In this document: piece after piece, positions 39,864 to 50,003 of the stretch | Numbering within the stretch: the stretch's first letter is position 1 | How the letters are laid out: each line of letters opens with the position of its first letter | Assembly: GCA_965261975.1 (NCBI GenBank) | Contig: CBDHEC010000057.1 | Location: 96,001 to 160,000 of the forward strand | Reading direction: 5' to 3' | DNA: 64,000 nt | Source of the DNA: Alphaproteobacteria bacterium | GTDB taxonomy: Bacteria; Pseudomonadota; Alphaproteobacteria; UBA6615 | The notes under the pieces: model-generated | What the model was told of the DNA's origin: nothing | Database searches by the model: none | The model's input: only the letters and a program-made list of their open reading frames with translations | Position numbers and translations under genes: made by a program

Positions 39864-40889
39864 CTAGCCGATCCCCATCATCGCAGCAGCCGTGCCGCCG
39901 AGGATCTTCTTGCGCTCCGGCGCGCTCAGTTTGGTCGCGCTCTCGACAAACGACACCGGCTCGAATTCCTGCATATCGAACGGGTAGTCGGTTCCCATCA
40001 TCACGCGATCGACACCCACCAGATCGACCAGATATTCGAGTTGATCGGGCCGGAAAACCACGGTGTCGTAATACAGCTCGCTCAAATACTCGCTCGGCGG
40101 CCGGCTGATCTTGTCGCGCAACTCCGGGCGGTATTCCCAGCTATGGTCCATACGGCCCGCATAGTAGGGGAAATACCCGCCGCCATGGGCAATGCAGATC
40201 TTGATACCCGGGTGACGGTCCAGCACACCGCCGAAAATCAGATGCGTAATCGCAATCTGCTCCTCAAGCGGCTGGCCGACGCAGTTGTGCATGAAGAACG
40301 GGCGCAGGCGCGCGCCGTCGGTGAAACCAAACGGATGCAGGAATAATGGCACATCGAGCGCCACGGCCTCGGCGTAGATCGGGTCGAAGCGTTCGTCAGA
40401 AAGCTCCACCCCATCCACGTTGGTGGAAAGGATGAAGGCCCGGATATCGAGCTCCTTCACCGCCCGGCGCATCTCGGCCACCGATGCGGCGGCGTCTTGC
40501 ATGGGCAACGTACCCATGGCCGCAAAACGATCGGGATTGCCCGTCACCAGTTTCGACACATCGTCATTCTGTACACGGGCGAGCTCGTTGCCGAGTTCGG
40601 GATCCGTCCAGTAATAGAACTGGATCGGCACCGGGCTGACGATCTGCATATCGACACGGGTGGTGTCCATATCCGCCTCGCGGGGCGTCAGGTCCACCAT
40701 CTTGGGTACGAGGCTCGGGATGTTCTCATTGTCCACCGCCATCGAGGCCGGGTGGGCATAGAACATGTAGGGATCGCGGTCCGGGTTCAGGATGTCTTCG
40801 GGTTGGTAATGCTTATCCATCAACGCCTTCGCCGACGGCGAAAAGACGTGACAATGCATGTCGATGGCGATCGTGCTGTCAGCGGCCAT
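39864..40889 (-). CDS. Amidohydrolase family protein (ACMSD-like decarboxylase/hydratase)
   Basis: DMHCH, LFLHP, AHGGG and GTDYPF motifs. Confidence 0.88.
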   Translation of the reverse strand: MAADSTIAIDMHCHVFSPSAKALMDKHYQPEDILNPDRDPYMFYAHPASMAVDNENIPSLVPKMVDLTPREADMDTTRVDMQIVSPVPIQFYYWTDPELGNELARVQNDDVSKLVTGNPDRFAAMGTLPMQDAAASVAEMRRAVKELDIRAFILSTNVDGVELSDERFDPIYAEAVALDVPLFLHPFGFTDGARLRPFFMHNCVGQPLEEQIAITHLIFGGVLDRHPGIKICIAHGGGYFPYYAGRMDHSWEYRPELRDKISRPPSEYLSELYYDTVVFRPDQLEYLVDLVGVDRVMMGTDYPFDMQEFEPVSFVESATKLSAPERKKILGGTAAAMMGIG

Positions 40890-40957
40890 AAGTTCCCCTC
40901 CGTTTATGTCCGATCATTCGATCGGTTATCGCGAAGCTTAGCACCGCTGGCCCAAAG

Positions 40958-40988
40958 AAAAAGGGCGGCGGAAACCCGCCGCCCCTTT
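40958..40988 (-). terminator. Rho-independent terminator after the TRAP operon
   Basis: GGGCGGCGG-AAAC-CCGCCGCCC stem flanked by A and T tracts. Confidence 0.75.
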
Positions 40989-41014
40989 CAGGCAGTTTCT
41001 TGGCGCGTCATCAG

Positions 41015-42352
41015 CTAGTTCAGCGAACGCTTGAGGTCGACCAGCGCCAGCGGAATCTCCGGGAAAATCATCACCAGGATAAGAACGAACAACATCACCA
41101 GCGCAAACGGCGCCGCGCCGATGAAGATATCGGCGAGTGAGATGTCCTTCTGAACCAGGGTGGACTTGATCACGTAGACCGCCAATCCCAGCGGCGGGGT
41201 CAGCAGGCCGATCTCGACCGCAATCACCGTGACGACACCGAACCAGACCAGATCGACGTTGAACGGTGCCAGGACCACCAGGAACAGCGGAACGGCAATC
41301 AACATGATCGAAACCGAATCGATAATCGTCCCCAGGATGATCAGGATGATCACATACATGATCATCAACTGGGCAAAGCTTGCGTTCATGTCGCCGATCA
41401 CCCGACCCAGCTCGGTCGGCAGGCCCGAGATTCCGAGCATCCGGCTGTACATGCTGGCCGCAATGATCAGGAACAGGAGTGTCGCCGTTATGTGCCCGGT
41501 CTCAACGAGCACGTCCCAGAGCTTTCGCGGCGTGATTTGCTTGCGCATCAGCGCAAACAGGAACGCCACGAAGGCGCCGGCGGCACCGGCCTCGGTCGGG
41601 GTGTAGAGCCCGGCATAGATGCCACCCAGCACGACCAGCACCAGGATGACGATCGGATAGGTCTTCGAAAAGAGCTCCCGGGCCGGCATCTTTTCCTGGT
41701 CCATATGCTGATCGAGAGCACCCGGTGCCGCGACCGTATTCGGGAACCCGTAGGCCATGATGGCGATCAACAAACAGAAGCAGAAGGTCAGGAGAATCCC
41801 CGGCCCGATGCCGGCAATGAACAGGTCACCGACGGATTCTTCCGCGATCAGCGCGAAGATAATAAGCAGGATCGACGGCGGGATAAGCATCCCGAGCACC
41901 GATGAGCCGGCCACGGTGCCAACCGCGAAGCGGCCCTTGTAGCCGTAACGCAGCATCTCCGGTACGGAGATGCGGGTAAACACAGTTGCCGATGCGATCG
42001 AAACGCCGGTAATCGCGGCAAAGATCGCGTTCGCGATAACCGTCGCCATGCCAAGGCCACCACGCACACGACGCAAGGCGTTCTGCGCAATGTCATAGGT
42101 ATCGCGGCCCATACCGGCCGTACTGACGAGCAACCCCATCAACACGAACAATGGAATGACGCCGAACAGGAAATCCGCGACGGTTTTCGCCGCCGAAATC
42201 CAGAGCAGACTGATCGCAATCTTGATGTTGCCCTTGATTATCCAGACCCCGACGAACGAGATCAGGGCGAGCACGACGGGAACATGCATGCCGATATAGA
42301 TCAGCAACAGCATGGCGATGATGGAAATAATGCCGATTTCAAAGCCGGTCAT
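41015..42352 (-). CDS. dctM: TRAP transporter large permease DctM
   Basis: IPLFVLMG, GMLIPPS, TPTEAGA and GLLTPPLG motifs. Confidence 0.92.
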   Translation of the reverse strand: MTGFEIGIISIIAMLLLIYIGMHVPVVLALISFVGVWIIKGNIKIAISLLWISAAKTVADFLFGVIPLFVLMGLLVSTAGMGRDTYDIAQNALRRVRGGLGMATVIANAIFAAITGVSIASATVFTRISVPEMLRYGYKGRFAVGTVAGSSVLGMLIPPSILLIIFALIAEESVGDLFIAGIGPGILLTFCFCLLIAIMAYGFPNTVAAPGALDQHMDQEKMPARELFSKTYPIVILVLVVLGGIYAGLYTPTEAGAAGAFVAFLFALMRKQITPRKLWDVLVETGHITATLLFLIIAASMYSRMLGISGLPTELGRVIGDMNASFAQLMIMYVIILIILGTIIDSVSIMLIAVPLFLVVLAPFNVDLVWFGVVTVIAVEIGLLTPPLGLAVYVIKSTLVQKDISLADIFIGAAPFALVMLFVLILVMIFPEIPLALVDLKRSLN

Positions 42353-42939
42353 TTGCTCGACTCCTCAATAGCGGCCACTTCCACATCGACGGCTTCCTCA
42401 TGCTCCAGCGGCGGCTTGCCGAAGATGCCTCGGAGATTGTCGATGACCGCCAGAAAAAACTGAATGCCAAGCAACGTACAGCCGACGACCAACGCCAGGC
42501 GCTGCGGCCATTCGGGAAATGTGAAAACGCCCGTGTTCCCGACGAAATGCCCGCCATGATAGGCCTGCAGCCATTTCGGCCAGCCGCCAATGACGATGGC
42601 AACCATCAGGCCGACACCGGCCAGGTGGAACAGAATGCCCAGGATGTTGCCGAGGGCTGGCCACTTGATGAGGACACGGCCGTAGAGCGCGTCCGACCGC
42701 GTGATCCGCCCCACTTTCAAAGTGTGCGCCAACTGCAGATAGAGGATCGTGACGATCGAAATCTCGACGATCTCGGTCACGCCGCTCAAGGGCGAGTTGA
42801 ATACAAATCGAAGTGTGATGTCGAGGGTGATCAGGAGCATCAGGATGAAAATCCAACCCGATGCAACCGCATTGCTCACCAAGACAATCCAGTCGAATAT
42901 TCGACGCAGAAAATCAAGAATTCCAAGTATTGCGCTCAA
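42349..42939 (-). CDS. dctQ: TRAP transporter small permease DctQ
   Basis: Four TM segments; lies between dctP and dctM; ATGA overlap with dctM. Confidence 0.85.
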   Translation of the reverse strand: MSAILGILDFLRRIFDWIVLVSNAVASGWIFILMLLITLDITLRFVFNSPLSGVTEIVEISIVTILYLQLAHTLKVGRITRSDALYGRVLIKWPALGNILGILFHLAGVGLMVAIVIGGWPKWLQAYHGGHFVGNTGVFTFPEWPQRLALVVGCTLLGIQFFLAVIDNLRGIFGKPPLEHEEAVDVEVAAIEESSK

Positions 42940-42947
42940 TGGAAGTC

Positions 42948-42973
42948 GGGGAGCCGCCTTTCAGCGGCTCCCC
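42948..42973. other. Intercistronic stem-loop between dctP and dctQ
   Basis: GGGGAGCCGC-CTTTCA-GCGGCTCCCC. Confidence 0.65.
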
Positions 42974-43018
42974 TCCCTATTTCATGTGTGAATTCACAAA
43001 CAGACGAATTGATTCAGA

Positions 43019-44107
43019 CTATTCGCGGTCCCACTGACGTGCGATCGGCTGATTGGCAGCCCGCAGCTCGTCCATCCAGGCCTTGAGGATCTCGGTCCCC
43101 GGCTGACCAGCGGCATTGCGCTGCTCGGCCCACTGCTTACCGAGCGGCGGCAGAGCCTTGGCCCAGGCGTTACGCTGTTCGGTCGAAGCCTTGGTGACCT
43201 TGGTGCCGAACTCCTTCTGGCAACGATCGAGGCCCCAGACAGCGCCGCCGTTCACGCGCTTGACGTTTTCCTCAACCCAGGCCGGGGTCGAAGACTGGAG
43301 GGCGTTCTGCACCTCTTCGGGCAGACTGTCCCAGACATCACGGTTCACGTTGAGCGAGAAACCGTTCACGCCACCGAGTGTCGCATCGAATGCATACGGT
43401 GCCGGTTCACAGAGCTTGAACGCACCCGCACCCTGACGCCACACGATCATGGCCTCATAGATGCCCGTGCTCAGGCTGTTGTAGGCGTCCGCAAGGTTGG
43501 TCTGCACGCCGGCGGCGCCAATCGCGAGCACCCAGGGAAGGTTCGGACCGGCCGCACCAACCTTGAGGCCCTTGACCTGGCCGAGGTCACTGATCGGCTT
43601 GGCCGACCAGAGCATGTAGTTGTCAACCGCACCCGTCGGAGCGAGCGGCACCTGGTTGAACTCGTTGAGCCAGGTCTGGTTGTACTGCGGGAAGGTGTCG
43701 ACCATTTTCTGCGTGGTACGACTGATCAGCGCAATATCGTTGGTCGTAAACGGCGTCTTGAAAGAGACATCGTAAAGCGGAACCTTATCGGCATGGAACG
43801 CGGTCACGATGACGCCAAGGTCACCAATGCCGGTCTCGACACCTTCGAGCTCACCACGCGGCTTGACGATCTGGCCGCTGATGCCCTTGTTCCAGTTGAT
43901 CTTGTAGTTCCCGTTCTTGGCCAACGCGGCATCAACAGCCGGCATGTACGCATCAACGAGCGAACCGATCCAGGTCGCGGGCGGCGGATAACCGGAAATG
44001 GCAGTCAGGTTAATGGTTTCCTGCGCACTCGCCGGTGCCGAGACGGCAACCGTTGCCGTGGCGGCTGCGGCGATGAGCATCGCAGTCGATTTTGACACTT
44101 TGGACAT
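43019..44107 (-). CDS. dctP: TRAP transporter substrate-binding protein DctP
   Basis: Signal peptide; VKGLKV, AYNSLSTG and WDSLPEEVQ motifs; operon context. Confidence 0.88.
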   Translation of the reverse strand: MSKVSKSTAMLIAAAATATVAVSAPASAQETINLTAISGYPPPATWIGSLVDAYMPAVDAALAKNGNYKINWNKGISGQIVKPRGELEGVETGIGDLGVIVTAFHADKVPLYDVSFKTPFTTNDIALISRTTQKMVDTFPQYNQTWLNEFNQVPLAPTGAVDNYMLWSAKPISDLGQVKGLKVGAAGPNLPWVLAIGAAGVQTNLADAYNSLSTGIYEAMIVWRQGAGAFKLCEPAPYAFDATLGGVNGFSLNVNRDVWDSLPEEVQNALQSSTPAWVEENVKRVNGGAVWGLDRCQKEFGTKVTKASTEQRNAWAKALPPLGKQWAEQRNAAGQPGTEILKAWMDELRAANQPIARQWDRE

Positions 44108-44265
44108 AAAGTCCTGCCTGTTTGTTATTCGTTTCCCCGTCGGACTTCTCTAGTCCAGTGGAAAGCTTCCAACAACGACGGTCCCATGTCCATCGCGAAT
44201 TCCTGAATATTCTCCGATACTAAAAAAAACGCGCCCATGTTCACGATAAAGTCAGTGAATCCCTG

Positions 44266-44279
44266 TTATTCGCGAATAA
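44266..44279. promoter_or_regulatory. Perfect 14-bp palindrome upstream of dctP (candidate operator)
   Basis: TTATTCGCGAATAA. Confidence 0.4.
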
Positions 44280-44404
44280 TCGCGACCTCTATTGATCGCA
44301 GCACATTCACATATACGAACTCCCACCAACCCCGGTGATCATCGCGGTCTCTCGTGATTCGTGTTGGCGCGTCCGGTCAGGTCGCAAACGAAGCTCGTGA
44401 CACG

Positions 44405-44440
44405 AAAAGGACCAGACCAGCGAAACACTGGCCTGGTCCT
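44405..44440 (-). terminator. Probable terminator after the alpha/beta hydrolase
   Basis: AGGACCAG..CCAG/CTGG..CTGGTCCT stem with a U tract on the minus strand. Confidence 0.55.
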
Positions 44441-44463
44441 GAACTTGCGATAACGAACGAAGC

Positions 44464-45405
44464 CTACTCGGCGGCCTGCGCGAGGAGAGCGTCCGGCGCG
44501 AACAGCAGCTCCTGCAACCATTTCGCCTGGGCACCCGAAACCTTCGCGAGATGCTCATTGTTCGAATACAGGCTCATGTGATCGACACCTTCGACGATCG
44601 CCAGTTCCTTATTCGGACACGGGACGGCATTGAAAACTTCGATCTCGAGATCCGCCGACGTGATGTTGTCGCCCTTGGCGATCGCCATCATGTAGGGCGT
44701 TTCATAGACGCGCTTTGCATAGGGCATCACGTCGTACTGCATCAACAACTCGACAGATTCCAAGGTGTTCTCGTGAATATGGTTGGGTGCTTCACGTTCC
44801 TTGATGTCGTTGAAGATCGTGCAGACATGAGGGAACGGCCAGGAACTGATCTCGGTGTCCGGTTCCGTGGTGGACATTGCGATCATCTGGCTCGGCTCAC
44901 CGCGTTGACGGGCCTCGCGATCCTCGAGAATGAGCTTCTGAATCGCGGCGAACTTGCGCTCGCCATGGCAGCGACGCATCGTCGGGAAGCCGTCGACAAC
45001 AGGCACCACTGACATCGCAAACTTCACCCGCGAATCCAGTGCCGCAACACACACCGCGTGACCGCCAGAATAGGAAATCCCCCACACGCCGATCCGGTCG
45101 GGATCGATTTCGTCGAGGGTCTTCGCATAGCTCACGGCGTTGCGATAATCCTCGATCTGATCCCAGGGGTTGATGTGCTGGCGGGGCAAACCTTCGCTAT
45201 CGCCGAAGCACCGATAGTCGAATGTGAGACAGGCACAACCGATCTCGACAAAATCGTCCGCATAGTAGGGCATGACGATCTCTCTTACGTAACACCAGCC
45301 ACCGGCCATGACGACCAGCGGCGGGTTCTTGACGCCATCGGGCAGATAGAGCGTGCCACGAATGGTGTCGCCACAACTGTTGAATTCAACTTCTCTAGTT
45401 TGCAT
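44464..45405 (-). CDS. Alpha/beta hydrolase (AidA/FrsA-like)
   Basis: FDYRCFGDSEG.PRQ, GISYSGGH and DH catalytic His. Confidence 0.88.
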   Translation of the reverse strand: MQTREVEFNSCGDTIRGTLYLPDGVKNPPLVVMAGGWCYVREIVMPYYADDFVEIGCACLTFDYRCFGDSEGLPRQHINPWDQIEDYRNAVSYAKTLDEIDPDRIGVWGISYSGGHAVCVAALDSRVKFAMSVVPVVDGFPTMRRCHGERKFAAIQKLILEDREARQRGEPSQMIAMSTTEPDTEISSWPFPHVCTIFNDIKEREAPNHIHENTLESVELLMQYDVMPYAKRVYETPYMMAIAKGDNITSADLEIEVFNAVPCPNKELAIVEGVDHMSLYSNNEHLAKVSGAQAKWLQELLFAPDALLAQAAE

Positions 45406-45506
45406 TTCATTCTCTCCCCTAAAGAATCGTTTTCACCCTTGTGAATTGGGTGATGTTTTACATTCAGGTTGTGCCCCATACCGGGGACTGTCAACTGCAC
45501 GGCCTA

Positions 45507-47153
45507 TCAGCCGCGCTCTTCAGCAATCTTTTCCGCAATCCGATCCCGCAGGACATTCTTCCGGATTTTGCCCGCCGCGGTGCGCGGGAACTCCGAGATG
45601 ATCTCGAGCCGTTCCGGATATTTCTGCTTCGCCATGCCCGTTCCGTCGAGGAAGGCAATCATGTCGTCGAAGGTCAGTGCCGCGTCTTTTGCCGGAACGA
45701 CGTAGGCACACACGGTCTCCCCCATACGTTCATGGGGCATCGCAACCACGGCGACCTCATGGATGGCCGGGTGCTCGTGCAGCGCATCCTCGATCTCACG
45801 CGAACTGAGATTCTCGCCTCCACGGATGATCACGTCCTTCAGGCGGCCCGTGACAACCATCGCGCCGTTCTCGTCGAGCATCGCCAGATCACCGGTGTGA
45901 AAGAAGCCGTCGGCCTCGAAGGCCTCGGCATTATGTTCGTCGTCGGCGTAACCGAGACACATCTCGGGCCCGCGTGACAACACCTCGCCCTCGACATTTG
46001 GCCCAACGACCTGTCGCGTGACCGGATCGACGATCCTGATTTCGTGCCCCACGATATGGCCTTCAGTCGCCGCACCCAGCGCCTCTTCATCGCGACTGTT
46101 CACACCGAGGGTAATGGTCGGCGCCTCCGTCGACCCGTAGCAGCGCGAACACACGCAGCGCTCGAACGCGGCATGGGCGTTGTAGATAATCTCCGGCGGC
46201 ACCGGTGCACCGCCGCACGGGAAATAACGAAGACTGGGGAACGATCGGCTGTTGCTGACGGCAAAATCGGTCAACTCCTGCAGGAAAACCGTTGCCGCGA
46301 TCGTAAAGGTAACGGCGTGCCGATCGATCAGATCCCCCGCCGCAGCCGCGTTCCAGCTTTCCATGAACACCGCAGGGGCGTTCAACGCGAACGGCATCTG
46401 GATACCGTATAGGTACCCGGTGATATGGGTCACCGGCGACGGCATCAGGATGACGTCATTGTTCCCCAGGTCGAGGAAGTTCGAGATCGCCTGGATCTCC
46501 GTGTTGATCGTGTTGTGGCTGTGCAGCACCCCTTTCGGCCGCCCTGTCGTGCCGGACGTGTACATGATCAGCTTCACCGCATTGGGGTCGACCGGCGCGG
46601 GGACGAATGCATCCGCGTTACCTTCGGCGAGCAGATCGTCGAACCCGGTCATGCCATCAGCCGCACCGCGCACGGTGATCACATGCTCGAGGGCCGGCAG
46701 ATCTGTCCGATGACGTGCGATCATGTCCGCATAATCGAAATTGCGAAACTCGGTCGGAATGAACACCGCCTTGGTGCCGGCGTCGCGGAGGATGTAGGAC
46801 ACTTCAGCGTCGCGGTAGATGGGAATGATCGGATTACAGACGAGGCCGAGCATCGAACAGGCCAGGTCGATCACCACCGTTTCCGGCCAGTTCGGCAATT
46901 CGAAGCTGACGACATCACCGGCTATCAGGCCCCGGCGCTGTAATGCGCTGGCCAGCGCACGCGCCTGCCTGTCGAGGTCGGCGGCGGAATGCGCGTCATC
47001 ACCCTCGATGATCACTATCTTGTCGGGGTTCTCTGCCAGGACCTCGGCCAGCTGGTCGGCCAGCGTCTCATCGCGCCAAATTCCGCTCGCGGCGTTCTCG
47101 GCGATCAATTCATCGGTCAGGCGCGTTTTCCAGCCGCTCACATCGGTTCGCAT
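45507..47153 (-). CDS. Acyl-CoA ligase (cyclohexanecarboxylate-CoA ligase AliA-like)
   Basis: YTSGTTGRPKGVLH, YGSTE, TGD, IIRGGEN and GKIRK motifs. Confidence 0.88.
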   Translation of the reverse strand: MRTDVSGWKTRLTDELIAENAASGIWRDETLADQLAEVLAENPDKIVIIEGDDAHSAADLDRQARALASALQRRGLIAGDVVSFELPNWPETVVIDLACSMLGLVCNPIIPIYRDAEVSYILRDAGTKAVFIPTEFRNFDYADMIARHRTDLPALEHVITVRGAADGMTGFDDLLAEGNADAFVPAPVDPNAVKLIMYTSGTTGRPKGVLHSHNTINTEIQAISNFLDLGNNDVILMPSPVTHITGYLYGIQMPFALNAPAVFMESWNAAAAGDLIDRHAVTFTIAATVFLQELTDFAVSNSRSFPSLRYFPCGGAPVPPEIIYNAHAAFERCVCSRCYGSTEAPTITLGVNSRDEEALGAATEGHIVGHEIRIVDPVTRQVVGPNVEGEVLSRGPEMCLGYADDEHNAEAFEADGFFHTGDLAMLDENGAMVVTGRLKDVIIRGGENLSSREIEDALHEHPAIHEVAVVAMPHERMGETVCAYVVPAKDAALTFDDMIAFLDGTGMAKQKYPERLEIISEFPRTAAGKIRKNVLRDRIAEKIAEERG

Positions 47154-47178
47154 TTGGCCTCCCCCGAGATCTTTCGTT

Positions 47179-48351
47179 CTACTCGCGCGCGAGCCGGAGC
47201 CGGTTGGCGATGTTGTTCTTCTGGATCGCCGAGGATCCGCCGATGATCGGCATGAGCAGCGCTTCCCGCACATACCGCTCCATGTCGAATTCCTTGATAT
47301 AGCCGTAGGCGCCCATCACCTGCTGGCAGGTCAGCACGATCTCCTTCGTGACATCGCTGACATAGAGCTTGGCCATCGACGTCTCCACCGATGCCGGCTT
47401 CTTTTCATCCAGCAGCCAGGCAGCATGGTAGGTCATCAGCCGGCAGGCATGGAGTTTGGTTTTGCAGTCGACCAACATGTGGCGCACCGATTGGTAGGCG
47501 GACACAGGTTTGCCGAACTGCTTGCGTTCCTGGGCATATTCCCACGCGTCGTCCACGGCAGCAGCGGCATTTCCCAGCGCCAATGCGGCAACCTCGATCT
47601 TCTCCACATCCAAGCCCGGCCCGACGATGCGCCGCCACCCGTCGTTCCAGCCCGCTTCACCGCCGACGATGTTCTCGGCCGGGATTTCGACATCCTCGAA
47701 CGTCACGTCGCAGGTCGACGCACCCTTCATGCCCATCGCGTCCTGCAGCTCGATGGTCACGCCCGGCGCATCCGGCGGGATCAGTACAATGGAAAGATTC
47801 TCGTAGCGCTCGGCGTCAGGATCGCTCTTCACCACGGTGTAGATATAGTCGGCGATGTTGGCACCGGAGCAGAAGCGTTTGGCCCCGTTGATGGTGACCG
47901 TCGCGCCGTTGCCCTTGCGCACCGCGGTTGTCCGCACGCTGGCCACATCGGCGCCGACATCGGGCTCGGATATGCCGTAGGCGAACAGAAGTTCCCCCGC
48001 CGCAAGTTTGGGCAGCAGGTCCTGCTTCTGCTCGGGACTGGCAACTTCTTCGATGTTCATCCCGCCGTAGCAGGCGCACATGATGTAGGGCACGGCGACC
48101 GCCATCGATCGTCGTGCCAATTCCTCGATCACGACCATCGTCGCCGTGATATCCCGCCCCGCACCGCCATACTCCTCAGGCACCGTGAGAGCGTTCACAC
48201 CGAGCGCGGAGAGCCTCTCGAAGATCTCGCGGGGATAGTGGTTTTCCCGATCCCATTCCTGCGCTTTGGCACGCGGTATCTCGTTCTCGACGAAACGCCG
48301 CAGCGTGTCCCGGAGCATGGTGACGTGCTCGGCTTCCTGGAAATGCTCCAT
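47179..48351 (-). CDS. Acyl-CoA dehydrogenase
   Basis: ISEPDVGADV, NGAKRF, RKQFGKP, MGAYGY and GGSSAIQ motifs. Confidence 0.92.
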   Translation of the reverse strand: MEHFQEAEHVTMLRDTLRRFVENEIPRAKAQEWDRENHYPREIFERLSALGVNALTVPEEYGGAGRDITATMVVIEELARRSMAVAVPYIMCACYGGMNIEEVASPEQKQDLLPKLAAGELLFAYGISEPDVGADVASVRTTAVRKGNGATVTINGAKRFCSGANIADYIYTVVKSDPDAERYENLSIVLIPPDAPGVTIELQDAMGMKGASTCDVTFEDVEIPAENIVGGEAGWNDGWRRIVGPGLDVEKIEVAALALGNAAAAVDDAWEYAQERKQFGKPVSAYQSVRHMLVDCKTKLHACRLMTYHAAWLLDEKKPASVETSMAKLYVSDVTKEIVLTCQQVMGAYGYIKEFDMERYVREALLMPIIGGSSAIQKNNIANRLRLARE

Positions 48352-48359
48352 CCCGGCGC

Positions 48360-49154
48360 CTACTTGCCCGTGAACTTCGGCTCTTCCTTGTTCAGGAAGG
48401 CTTCCGTCGCAATCCGATGATCATCGGTCATCTGGGACATGGCTTCGAAGTTGAACGCCGTGTCGAGCACCGCGTTGGCCGCCTGCTTGAGCCCGGCGTT
48501 GACCGACGCCTTGGTCCACTTGATGGCGTTGATCGCCCCGCCGGCGAGGCGATTGGCCATCCCGTAAACAGCGTCGTCGAGTTCGTCGGCTGATACGACG
48601 TGATTGATCAAGCCCATCGCGGCCGCGTCCGATGCACCGATCAAATCTCCGGTCATCAGGTACTCCTTGGCGCGCGCATAGCCGATCAACTGGGGCCAGA
48701 TCACCGCACCGCCATCTCCCGCCACGAGGCCGACGGCAACATGCGGGTCACCCAGCTTGGTGCGCTCGGTGGCGTAGATGATGTCGCAGTAGAGCGCGAT
48801 CGTGCAGCCGAGACCGATCGCGTGGCCCGGCAGCCGGGCGATGATCGGTTTCTCGAGGTCGAGCAGGCTGTTCACCAAGCGTTTGCCTTCCCACACGGTA
48901 CGCGCGAACGCCGCCGGATCGCCATGCATGGCGTTCAACCACTGCAGGTCACCACCCGCACAAAACGCATCGCCCTCCCCGGTCAGGACGACCACATCGG
49001 CTTCGTCATCCGTATCGACGTCATAGAAAATCCGGGACAGCTCTTCGTGGAGCTCGGCATCGATGGCGTTGAGGGTGCCGGGTCGCGACATCGTCAGAGT
49101 AAGCACGCGCCCGTCGCGCTTGGCCTTGATTGCCTTGTAACCGTCGTAGTTCAC
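48360..49154 (-). CDS. Enoyl-CoA hydratase/isomerase family protein
   Basis: FCAGGD, AIGLG and DPHVAVGLVAGDGG motifs; GTG start. Confidence 0.9.
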   Translation of the reverse strand: MNYDGYKAIKAKRDGRVLTLTMSRPGTLNAIDAELHEELSRIFYDVDTDDEADVVVLTGEGDAFCAGGDLQWLNAMHGDPAAFARTVWEGKRLVNSLLDLEKPIIARLPGHAIGLGCTIALYCDIIYATERTKLGDPHVAVGLVAGDGGAVIWPQLIGYARAKEYLMTGDLIGASDAAAMGLINHVVSADELDDAVYGMANRLAGGAINAIKWTKASVNAGLKQAANAVLDTAFNFEAMSQMTDDHRIATEAFLNKEEPKFTGK

Positions 49155-49263
49155 GTGAATCGCCCCTGCTTTCCATTCTTGCGCCCGGGTTTGATCCGTT
49201 GCGCAACATATTGCCTTTTTCGACGCCAACCATGGCAACGGTGTTGGAAGGAGTCAATAATAG

Positions 49264-49284
49264 TGAATGATGATTCATTATTCA
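49264..49284. promoter_or_regulatory. Near-perfect 21-bp palindrome, candidate TetR operator
   Basis: TGAATGATGA-T-TCATTATTCA (1 mismatch) in the divergent gap between the ECH operon and tetR. Confidence 0.65.
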
Positions 49285-49352
49285 TAATTGTTGCGCGCAC
49301 CCCCGGAACCCGTGAAGATGTGATCAGGACCATCAAGTTGAACCCGCCAATC

Positions 49353-49994
49353 ATGCCCTCATCGAGCGCCCAATCCACACCTTCGACAAGACAACGGCCG
49401 ACCCGCGCGGAAAAAGCGGCGGCGACGCGCCAGGCGTTGATCGACGCCGCCGCCGAAGTGGTTGGAGAGTTTGGCTACGCCGATGCCTCCGTCGCACGCA
49501 TCACCGCGCGGGCGAATATCGCACTCGGCACCTTCTACAATTATTTCGAAACACGGCAGGCGCTGTTCGACACCCTGCTTCCCGAACTTGGTCAGGACCT
49601 GATTGCGTTCGTCGGCGAACGCGTTCGCGGAAGTCGCGACACGATGGAGATGGAGGAACGCGGGTTTCGGGCGTTCTTCGAATATCTCGCCGCCAACCCG
49701 GGCTTCTATCGGATTCTGAACGAGGCGGAAACGATGGCGCCCAAAGCTCATCACAAGCATTTCCAAGCGCTCGCGTCGCGTTATGTGGCGGCGTTGAAAA
49801 CGGGCCTCGTACGCGGGGATATGCCCGCCTATTCCGAGGCCGATCTGGAAACGATTGTTTACCTGCTCATGGCCGCCCGGAGCTATCTGACGCTCCGCTA
49901 CGGCCTGTCCGGCGGCAAACTGCCGGAAAACGTGGTCGATACCTACGTGAAATTTGTCCGCGGGGCGCTCACCCAGCGCGCGCCGGCACCCTAA
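49353..49994 (+). CDS. TetR/AcrR family transcriptional regulator
   Basis: ATRQALIDAA...GYADASVARIT...GTFYNYF helix-turn-helix. Confidence 0.92.
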   Translation: MPSSSAQSTPSTRQRPTRAEKAAATRQALIDAAAEVVGEFGYADASVARITARANIALGTFYNYFETRQALFDTLLPELGQDLIAFVGERVRGSRDTMEMEERGFRAFFEYLAANPGFYRILNEAETMAPKAHHKHFQALASRYVAALKTGLVRGDMPAYSEADLETIVYLLMAARSYLTLRYGLSGGKLPENVVDTYVKFVRGALTQRAPAP

Positions 49995-50003
49995 CTTTCT
50001 CGG

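Noticed and set aside
46819-48420. Long antisense or alternate-frame ORFs (also 6923-8173, 28178-29551, 54756-56003, 61389-63101 and the 5' part of 48600-49994)
   Set aside because: They are shadows of real high-GC genes and carry no family motifs.
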